From a virus, in the IMG/VR virus record IMGVR_UViG_3300025018_000006, positions 1 through 64,000 of that record: a DNA stretch of 64,000 bases, one strand, 5' to 3'. The position numbers and the translations under genes were made by a program. The notes beneath the pieces are model-generated. The model was not told the origin of the DNA. It saw nothing but the letters and a program-made list of their open reading frames with translations, and did no database searches. Positions 57,072 to 64,000 of this stretch are shown in pieces. Position 1 is the stretch's first letter. Each line of letters begins with the position of its first letter.

Positions 57072-58171
57072 AAATAACACTTCCAACACAAAGTTTCTGG
57101 ACTGTTGCCCAGAAGGCTGATGTTGATCCTTTATTCCCGGGCAAAAACTCTATGATACAAGCCGTAAAAGATATATCCGAGATAATAGATCCTTCACTTA
57201 ACGCTAAGCTGACAGAGCTATTCCTAAAGAAAGGAAGCTTTGCTAAGAAGTTTTCATTATTTCTTACAGCTATTCGTGAATCACTGCAAACACCAATTCA
57301 GGGATTTGAAATTGCTTATGATGGTAGTTATTACATAAAAGCTTACTGCTATCATAATTTGAAGGATCAGCATTTGTATTTATTTCCTCTAAGCTGGCTT
57401 CCGCAGATGAGAAAAGTTAATAAAAAGCTTTTCGAGATTATGATAGCATCTATCGCTTTACTTTATCGTAGAGATGTTACTTGCTTTGAAGAGCAGATGT
57501 GGGATGATTATTTGAGAGAAACTATTCAAGATGATATTGAATATAATAAAGAAACTTATACCAAAGATGAAGTGAGTAAAATAATAAGAGAACTTGCTTT
57601 ATGGGATGAGTATGGAAGTAAATATCAGGATATGTTTTACCAAAGAAAATTCTCGGTAGAAAAGCTTGAGAAAATGATCTCAAACTATAAACCAGGCCTT
57701 TCTGCAGAACTTATTATACTGAACTTTGCTAAAATGCTTCTAAAAGCAATCAAGCAACCTCAGGATATGAGTTACTTTGAAGGAGAATCATTAAATCAGT
57801 TTGCAAGATATAATGAACTTGAAATGGATGAGGATGATGAACCTCAGTTTCTTGATGGATACCCTCTAACTATAAAATCTAAAATACAATTCTGTTGGTT
57901 TGCCGAAGGTAATGTAAGAGAGCAAATCGTTTCTTATGCATCTGAAACTGCAGATAATTTTGGAGAAGCAGAATATTCAAAGGAATATGAGTGTAGAACT
58001 CGTGATGAACTTAAAGAGGCATACACTAATTTTGTTGATGAGATAGGAAACTTCCCGGAGTATCTTGCAGAAGCTATCGAGTATGCAAATGAGCATGAAG
58101 AAGTATTTTATGATTATGTAAATCAATGTTTAACACAAACTTTATTTCCAATCCATGAATTTAGAACGTAA
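57068..58171 (+). CDS. PRTRC system protein F-like
   Basis: 367-aa helical acidic protein in the usual position between C and B; call rests mainly on synteny. Confidence 0.55.
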   Translation: MKITLPTQSFWTVAQKADVDPLFPGKNSMIQAVKDISEIIDPSLNAKLTELFLKKGSFAKKFSLFLTAIRESLQTPIQGFEIAYDGSYYIKAYCYHNLKDQHLYLFPLSWLPQMRKVNKKLFEIMIASIALLYRRDVTCFEEQMWDDYLRETIQDDIEYNKETYTKDEVSKIIRELALWDEYGSKYQDMFYQRKFSVEKLEKMISNYKPGLSAELIILNFAKMLLKAIKQPQDMSYFEGESLNQFARYNELEMDEDDEPQFLDGYPLTIKSKIQFCWFAEGNVREQIVSYASETADNFGEAEYSKEYECRTRDELKEAYTNFVDEIGNFPEYLAEAIEYANEHEEVFYDYVNQCLTQTLFPIHEFRT

Positions 58172-58874
58172 CGATTTCGTACCGTGCAAAATAATTAAAG
58201 TCTATCAACAGCAAAACAAAGACAATTATTATTTGGAACTGCACAATGTTATTAGAGATAAAAACACCAACAAATTAATGGTTGGAAGTGGAAGACCTCT
58301 GCAGAGAAAAACTATGGGCCGGCTATTAAGTGCAGTGCATAGTAATGAGGTAAATTCTTATTTCAAAAAACCATTAATAGATATCAGGCTTTTATCTTGT
58401 GAACCACTAAAGTATAAAAGGCATATATTATGGTATGATAAGCCAATGCTTCATCCAATGATATTTTCAGATAGATTTGGACTTGAAGATGGTAAATATC
58501 ATTTCCCTGCAATGCTTTACTTTGTTAGTATGGATACAATAAGATTCTTTGCAATGAAAACCGGAAATAAAAGACCGGTATTAAGCACAAAGCTGTATCA
58601 TGCACCAATGTTTAATACGATAAATGATAATACTATTTGCTGGGGATCAGTAAAGAAAGACACTTCAGGTATTACTGAAATAGATTCTGAAATGGATGCC
58701 TGGGATACATTCATATGGCAAAGTAAATTCTCTCATGGCGGTAACGGTGTAACTACAAAGGAAGATTTAGTTAAGATTTTCAAGAAAACTAAAGATGGAA
58801 ACAGAAAATTTCCTTTAACAAGCCTTATTGATACAAAGATGGTTTTAGGTGATTTATTTGATAAATATTTATGA
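58155..58874 (+). CDS. PRTRC system protein B (prokaryotic E2-like)
   Basis: FP.MLY, LYHAPMFN...ICWGS (candidate catalytic Cys) and W.SKFSH motifs. Confidence 0.85.
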   Translation: MNLERNDFVPCKIIKVYQQQNKDNYYLELHNVIRDKNTNKLMVGSGRPLQRKTMGRLLSAVHSNEVNSYFKKPLIDIRLLSCEPLKYKRHILWYDKPMLHPMIFSDRFGLEDGKYHFPAMLYFVSMDTIRFFAMKTGNKRPVLSTKLYHAPMFNTINDNTICWGSVKKDTSGITEIDSEMDAWDTFIWQSKFSHGGNGVTTKEDLVKIFKKTKDGNRKFPLTSLIDTKMVLGDLFDKYL

Positions 58875-59668
58875 CAACACATTTTATTGCTCAAAGATTA
58901 GCCAGCACTCAGCATAAGATTACTTTTAATCTTATAGGGTGCGGAGGAACCGGTAGTCATATTTTAAGTAATTTGGCTATGATGAGTCATTCAATGGTTA
59001 AGCTGGGAAGACAGCCATTCTTTGTAAGGGTATGGGATTCTGATACTGTATCTGAGCATAACATTGGTAGGCAGCTATTCTCTCCTGCTGATGAAGGAAG
59101 ATTCAAAGCAGAAGTATTGATAGAAAGGATTAATCGATTCTATGGACTTCAATGGTACAGCATGAATGCTGATTTCCAATTAACAGGATTTCGTGATGAT
59201 GACCTAAACTCAAATATCACTATATCTGCAGTTGATTCTGTTCATTCAAGAAGAATGATTCAGGATGTTGTTCAAAGAAAGGTTAATCCTTATCAACCAT
59301 ATAGAGTACCTTATTATTGGTTTGACGTAGGCAATAGCTATAACTCTGGACAGATATTAATGGCAACATTAAGGGATATACCTCAACCTTCCGCCGGCAC
59401 AAGGAAATCACTTCCTGACTTTTTTGATGAATTTGGAGATGTTCAAGAAACACCTAATGAACCGAGCTGCTCTACTGCAGAATCATTAGCCAGGCAAGAT
59501 TTGTTTGTGAATAAACTAATGGCAACCTATACAACTCATATGATATGGGATTTTCTTAAAAACTTCCGTATTGCATATCGAGGATTATATGTTAATTTAG
59601 AATCTTATAAAGTTTCACAAATACCAATATATTATGTCAAAAAAGATAGTAAAGCAAACGCAAAGTAA
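58871..59668 (+). CDS. PRTRC system ThiF-family (E1-like) adenylyltransferase
   Basis: IGCGGTGS, DSDTVSEHNIGRQLF, AVDS, DVGN...GQ and PSCSTAESLARQDLFVN motifs. Confidence 0.92.
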   Translation: MTTHFIAQRLASTQHKITFNLIGCGGTGSHILSNLAMMSHSMVKLGRQPFFVRVWDSDTVSEHNIGRQLFSPADEGRFKAEVLIERINRFYGLQWYSMNADFQLTGFRDDDLNSNITISAVDSVHSRRMIQDVVQRKVNPYQPYRVPYYWFDVGNSYNSGQILMATLRDIPQPSAGTRKSLPDFFDEFGDVQETPNEPSCSTAESLARQDLFVNKLMATYTTHMIWDFLKNFRIAYRGLYVNLESYKVSQIPIYYVKKDSKANAK

Positions 59669-59813
59669 AGACTATAAATTAGTCAAAGTAGATGATCGTA
59701 CATGGATTGAAGTAACTGTGGATACTAATGAAGATGTCGCAAGGCATATGTATCTTCAAAGGATAGAAGACTCAAGGAAAAAAGTTATTCAACAAAATCG
59801 CAAAAACGATTAA
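59634..59813 (+). CDS. Small hypothetical protein (59 aa)
   Basis: MSKKIVKQ...KLVKVDDRTWIEV; overlaps the end of the ThiF gene. Confidence 0.5.
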   Translation: MSKKIVKQTQSKDYKLVKVDDRTWIEVTVDTNEDVARHMYLQRIEDSRKKVIQQNRKND

Positions 59814-59869
59814 TGGATATATTTACAAGCAATTATTTTCTTTTTCGAATTTAAAAAATTTATAAAATC

Positions 59870-60244
59870 ATGAGAAAAAACAAAATTAGTTTAACAGATA
59901 GGATACGAATCCTTCGTAATGTAAATAGTTCTTTAAAGCGTAAAGGGCCTATTCTCATTATGTCTCAGGCTAAAACTGACACCGTATTAATGATGGCAGG
60001 AAAGCCTGCAGACCTTATCCCTCTTTGCGGAGAGGCGATGAGTAAAGATTCGGATATAAAGAAAATTATGAAAGAATCTTTAGAACTTACTGATCAGTTT
60101 GAAAGATTTAAAGCTTCGTTAAAAGGTGACTTAATAAAAAGTCTTTTAGATTTTCTTACAACTGAAGATAAGAAAGAGAAAGGTGATTCACAAACTAAGA
60201 AAACTGCTAAAGAATCTGAAAAAGATTTAACTAAAGAAAATTAA
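59870..60244 (+). CDS. Hypothetical protein
   Basis: 124-aa ORF. Confidence 0.55.
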   Translation: MRKNKISLTDRIRILRNVNSSLKRKGPILIMSQAKTDTVLMMAGKPADLIPLCGEAMSKDSDIKKIMKESLELTDQFERFKASLKGDLIKSLLDFLTTEDKKEKGDSQTKKTAKESEKDLTKEN

Positions 60245-60260
60245 AAATCCCTGCTTGGGT

Positions 60261-60369
60261 AGGGTGATACCGCTGCTGCACGAAATTATATAACGAAAGT
60301 GCCGAGAGGTTGTTTGCCGACAATCTAAGTCCGTTCGCGAAATAAGTCAAGACGTATCACCCTTTTTTA
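60261..60369 (+). ncRNA. Candidate structured RNA / cis-element
   Basis: AGGGTGATAC (60261-60270) pairs with GTATCACCCT (60354-60363) followed by a T tract; internal stems GCAC/GTGC and AGGTTGT/ACAATCT. Confidence 0.45.
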
Positions 60370-60425
60370 TTGGATGTAATTACATCAGTATATACTTTAT
60401 TTTAATTTAAAAATTGTAATCGATT

Positions 60426-61124
60426 ATGGAAGAATTGAATGTAACCGTAAAAGACGGTGTTTCGAATTTGGATGTTCGTACCGGTGCCGCCGCTCCCATT
60501 AGGGAAACGCAAGATTTAATAATATCAGGATCATTGAAGGCTCCAGGTGATTTTCTGCAGATAAGAAGACAACAGTTTCCACCATCAGCTTCTCATGTTA
60601 CTGTTAACGAAGATGCTGGAAGAATTACTCTGTTTGGTCTTGATCAAAGTGAAATAGGAAGTATTAAAGTTCATGGAAACCTTACTGTTCATCATGATTT
60701 TGAAAGACTTGGAGTAAATAATACCAGTATTGTTCGCCAGCCTGTTGATTTAGCTAAATGGATTAAGATGAACCGTAGCATATTCGAGTCTAAGGATGTT
60801 GCTAATAACTTAATCAGTGAATTAAGAAACTTCAAAGCTAAGATCAACAAAGAACTGGAACAAACCAGTGATGATCGTGCTAATTATACTCAAAGACAAC
60901 AACAAGCTGTTGAGAGTAATTTGCCCGATACATTTAAGATAAAAGTACCTTTATTTGTTGGTGAGGCTCCTCATACTTTTGTTTGTGAGGTAATTATTGA
61001 CCCTGATGATTTTAGTTGTGCATTAATTTCTCCCGATGCTGCTGATCTGGTAAGACGCGAAAAAGCCGCAATGATAGCCGAGCAAGTTGCTCGTTTTGAC
61101 GGTTACGCGATCATATATCAGTAA
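60426..61124 (+). CDS. DUF2303/YfdQ-like protein
   Basis: LPDTFKIKVPLFVGE C-terminal motif and overall layout. Confidence 0.5.
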   Translation: MEELNVTVKDGVSNLDVRTGAAAPIRETQDLIISGSLKAPGDFLQIRRQQFPPSASHVTVNEDAGRITLFGLDQSEIGSIKVHGNLTVHHDFERLGVNNTSIVRQPVDLAKWIKMNRSIFESKDVANNLISELRNFKAKINKELEQTSDDRANYTQRQQQAVESNLPDTFKIKVPLFVGEAPHTFVCEVIIDPDDFSCALISPDAADLVRREKAAMIAEQVARFDGYAIIYQ

Positions 61125-61574
61125 ATGAAGCAGCAAATGTTTAAAGACAAGTCTCCTGAAGATAGAATTGTAATTCTTCGGGATACTTGTGATAAAGCTG
61201 AGGTTTTTAAGTATGAAAAAGCCTACACCAATCAAGATGTAGAAATGTTCCGGGAGAGATTGTCGGAGATTATGATTGAAATTGGCAAAATAGAATCGGA
61301 ATTAGCCAAAGTAAAGAAAATCTATAGCGACAAAATGAAGCCGCTAAAGAAGGAAATCAATGAACTTTTAAGTAATATTGAGTTCAGATCTCAGGCAGTT
61401 GAAGAACAAGTTTACATTTTTATTGATCATGAAGCTAATCAAGTTGGGTACTATAATTCCGAGGGCTTACTGGTACATACCAGGATGCTTAAGATTGATG
61501 AACATCAACGTTCTATAATAGGAGCGTCGCGTGTTCATGATGAGGAATTTATATATGCCGAAGTCGAGTCATAA
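61125..61574 (+). CDS. Coiled-coil hypothetical protein, partner of the preceding gene
   Basis: 149 aa, abuts the previous gene; VGYYNSEG.L..TR motif. Confidence 0.55.
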   Translation: MKQQMFKDKSPEDRIVILRDTCDKAEVFKYEKAYTNQDVEMFRERLSEIMIEIGKIESELAKVKKIYSDKMKPLKKEINELLSNIEFRSQAVEEQVYIFIDHEANQVGYYNSEGLLVHTRMLKIDEHQRSIIGASRVHDEEFIYAEVES

Positions 61575-61581
61575 CGACAAT

Positions 61582-61611
61582 AGGAGAGTTTAAAAGCTCT
61601 CCTTTTTTTTT
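61582..61611 (+). terminator. Rho-independent terminator
   Basis: AGGAGAG...CTCTCCT followed by poly-T. Confidence 0.8.
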
Positions 61612-61632
61612 GAATCATTATATTTGTATGTT

Positions 61633-62034
61633 ATGACTAAAGAAAATTTGGGCATTGCCCTAACAAAAGAAGCCTGTCCTTTATGCGGAGCATTACAGGA
61701 TGGCTCAATCGTTATCAATACACAATTAACGAAAAGTGAAGCTGAAAAAGTTGAACAACTTCACGGAAAAACTGTTGGTTACTCTAAAGCTCCTTGCGAG
61801 GAATGCCAGAATATTATGAATCAGGCAATTCTTCTAATTGGAGTTGTAGAAGCGAAAACAGATGATACTAAAAACCCTTATCGCTCCGGAAACAAATGGG
61901 GCGTTACAGAAGATTTTATTAAAAAAGCCTTTGATCCAGAAATGGCTGAACAAGTCTTGGAAAAAAGAGCATCATCCATCTCAGTTGAGGCAGCTTCGCA
62001 GATGGGATTTCCCGACTGCAATCTGGATGCTTAG
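61633..62034 (+). CDS. Zn-finger (CxxC...CxxC) hypothetical protein
   Basis: CPLC and CEEC; TATATTTG promoter motif at 61619-61626. Confidence 0.6.
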   Translation: MTKENLGIALTKEACPLCGALQDGSIVINTQLTKSEAEKVEQLHGKTVGYSKAPCEECQNIMNQAILLIGVVEAKTDDTKNPYRSGNKWGVTEDFIKKAFDPEMAEQVLEKRASSISVEAASQMGFPDCNLDA

Positions 62035-62054
62035 TATTAATTCAATCAAATCTT

Positions 62055-62501
62055 ATGAAAAAAACAACTTTGACATTATTATTAGTAATGATTTTTGCCA
62101 TTTCATTTGCCCCGGTAGGTGAAGCTAAAAATCAAAATGATTGCTCTCATGAGACTAACAAGAGAGTTAATGATTTCAAAGAATTAATTTACGCTATTGG
62201 ATATGTAGAGACCCGACTGGATACATTTGCCTATTGCGAAGAAGAAAATGCAGTAGGATATTTCCAAATACGTCAGATTAGAATTGACGATTATAATTGG
62301 AGAACCGGAAAGTCTTACGAATTATCTGAAATGTATGATTATGACAAAGCAGAAGAAGTATTCCTTTATTATGCAAAACGAATTGGTAAAGATCGACCTG
62401 ACCTTATAGCTAAGAGATGGAATGGATCGGGTCCAATGACTGTTACTTACTGGGAAAAAGTAAGTGCAGTTTTAAATGAAAATAATCTTCAAAAATTGTA
62501 G
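62055..62501 (+). CDS. Secreted lysozyme-like/transglycosylase protein
   Basis: Signal peptide; I..VE, G.FQI and A.RWNG motifs. Confidence 0.7.
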   Translation: MKKTTLTLLLVMIFAISFAPVGEAKNQNDCSHETNKRVNDFKELIYAIGYVETRLDTFAYCEEENAVGYFQIRQIRIDDYNWRTGKSYELSEMYDYDKAEEVFLYYAKRIGKDRPDLIAKRWNGSGPMTVTYWEKVSAVLNENNLQKL

Positions 62502-62595
62502 ATTTCTCATTAAATGTTTTTAACTTTATCAACAATTTATTAATCGAAACAAATGGTATTGGGGATTAGCATTTGTTGATAAACTAAACGAACGA

Positions 62596-63195
62596 ATGGA
62601 TTTTGCAAGTAAAGAAGAAGAATATTTCTACTGGTTTCTGCTTGAATTACAATCATTAGGCTTTATTAAGAAGATCATATATCAGCCAAAAGGCTTTGTA
62701 TTATCACAGCCATTGGTTGTAGAATTTGCAGAACAAAAAAAAACAAAACAAGTTAAAAAATCAGTTACGTTACTTCAAGAACATGAGTATCGTGCTGATT
62801 TTTTATTTTATTGGGATGAAAGATTGAAGCATAAAATGTATGCTGACTATAATGAAATCTTAAATAAAAGCATAAAGAAATACCCTTTTGTGGTAAACCA
62901 TTCTGCAGAGAAAGATATTTATTTTTCAGTAGTCGATGTAAAGGGTACTTATAACCAAAATGATGCTTGGAGAAGGTTTTCAATAGATCAAAAATGGGTA
63001 TTCCAGAACTTTGGAATATATATTCAGAAAATAATCCCGGCCCCGGACTCAAAAGGCTATCCAAAATCAGCTTTATTCTCAAGCGTATTCATGCCTAAAA
63101 GATATCAGATTACTGATAAATCAGGAAAGAAAAGAAAGCTTTCCTTTAAACCTATATTGATAGATCAATGGATGCAAGAAAATAATATTGTATAA
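62596..63195 (+). CDS. PD-(D/E)xK nuclease (DUF1064-like)
   Basis: FASKEE, YRADF and VVDVKG motifs. Confidence 0.7.
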   Translation: MDFASKEEEYFYWFLLELQSLGFIKKIIYQPKGFVLSQPLVVEFAEQKKTKQVKKSVTLLQEHEYRADFLFYWDERLKHKMYADYNEILNKSIKKYPFVVNHSAEKDIYFSVVDVKGTYNQNDAWRRFSIDQKWVFQNFGIYIQKIIPAPDSKGYPKSALFSSVFMPKRYQITDKSGKKRKLSFKPILIDQWMQENNIV

Positions 63196-63240
63196 GCAGC
63201 CATCAAATTATCCTTTTTTTTAATCACAAAATTTAAAGAA

Positions 63241-63894
63241 ATGAAAAATATTTTTGTCGAATATCCTAAGCAACCAATAGCTTTTGTAGAGACTATAATG
63301 CAAGTTGTAGCTGAACAAAGAGGTATTGAAAAAGAGTCTATTAGGCTAAAATCAAGAAAAAAGGAAATAGTTGAAGCCAGGCAATTATGTATGGCATTTA
63401 CTAAAGTTTTCACAAGTGCTTCTTTAGCTATAATAGGACTTGAATTGGGCGGTAAAGATCATGCTACTGTTCTTCATGCTTGTAAAACAGTTAAAAACTT
63501 AAGAGAAACCGACAAAGGTTTTAATGGAGAATACGAATCGTTGTATAGTCGTATTGGGCATAAACTGATAGATTATCATGACAATTCATTGGTGTGTTCG
63601 CAATGTGGTCATACGAATATACTTGTACGAGGATGGGTAGCTCTAAATAATAATAAAACAATTATTAGAGATGATCCTGAGAAAGCTCATACTTACTGTC
63701 GTAAATGTGAAGAATCCGTTTCCGTAATATTAAGATCAGATTATTTTAAGCTAAACAATATAAATATTGCTGAAGATATAGAAAAACAGGAAATGGAGAA
63801 TCGAAAGAAAGCGGTAAAAGAAGCTTTAGAATTTCAGCAAAAAGAATATAAAAAACAGTTATTAAAACTTGAAAAAGAATTTGGAATATCATGA
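63241..63894 (+). CDS. DnaA C-terminal (domain IV) HTH protein with Zn ribbon
   Basis: SRKKEIVEARQLCM...SLAIIG..LGGKDHATVLHA; CSQC...CRKC. Confidence 0.85.
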   Translation: MKNIFVEYPKQPIAFVETIMQVVAEQRGIEKESIRLKSRKKEIVEARQLCMAFTKVFTSASLAIIGLELGGKDHATVLHACKTVKNLRETDKGFNGEYESLYSRIGHKLIDYHDNSLVCSQCGHTNILVRGWVALNNNKTIIRDDPEKAHTYCRKCEESVSVILRSDYFKLNNINIAEDIEKQEMENRKKAVKEALEFQQKEYKKQLLKLEKEFGIS

Positions 63895-64000
63895 AGATAA
63901 AATGGAGACCTTATCAAATAGCTTGTAAGCATGCTATCAAAAATGCTTATGATAAAGGAGTAAACAAACAACTTATTGTTTCAGCAACAGGTACCGGAAA
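63891..64000 (+). CDS. SF2 helicase, N-terminal fragment (runs off the right edge of the window)
   Basis: MKIKWRPYQ (Q motif)...LIVSATGTGK (Walker A). Confidence 0.8.
   Translation, partial: MKIKWRPYQIACKHAIKNAYDKGVNKQLIVSATGTG

Noticed and set aside
58871-59668. ThiF as a thiamine/molybdopterin biosynthesis gene
   Set aside because: No ThiS/MoaD pathway context; the neighbours are E2-like and PRTRC Ubl genes.
60261-60369. tRNA or hammerhead ribozyme
   Set aside because: No T-loop/D-loop consensus or CUGAnGA core found on either strand by eye.
1-64000. Stop-codon reassignment as in some crAss-like phages
   Set aside because: Long genes are intact under the standard code, and TAG and TGA both terminate genes at sensible boundaries; the one internal stop seen is TAA.

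Overview
This window is a 64-kb segment of a large, AT-rich crAss-like (Crassvirales-like) dsDNA phage, probably of a Bacteroidota host, using the standard genetic code. Positions 1-46.1 kb are a minus-strand virion block. Read in the direction of transcription it runs: PD-(D/E)xK nuclease, terminase, portal, scaffold-like protein, major capsid protein, ring proteins, a mosaic tail-fibre/lysis region, muzzle/tail stabilisation protein and ejection proteins. It ends in a giant ORF of more than 4,600 aa that the ORF track missed because it runs off the left edge. That ORF carries a two-barrel RNA polymerase catalytic motif (DFDGD), an HExxH zincin and a PD-(D/E)xK nuclease domain. A highly structured divergent junction at 46.1-48.6 kb contains a long hairpin, two identical 20-bp GCGAAGC mini-hairpin elements, a palindromic operator and DnaA-box-like sites. 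It opens an early/accessory region that resembles a plasmid leading region: SSB-like, RepL-like, RadC/JAB, ComM C-terminal domain, an attC-like site and a DUF932-like gene. The most notable system is a translationally coupled PRTRC-type ubiquitin-like conjugation operon (E, Ubl ending -TKG, small ORF, F, E2-like B, E1/ThiF) at 56.1-59.7 kb. Other highlights are a DGR-type variable repeat in a tail-fibre gene with no RT/TR in the window and a RyR plus Acb2/Tad1-like fusion. All family calls come from motif recognition by eye, not from database searches.
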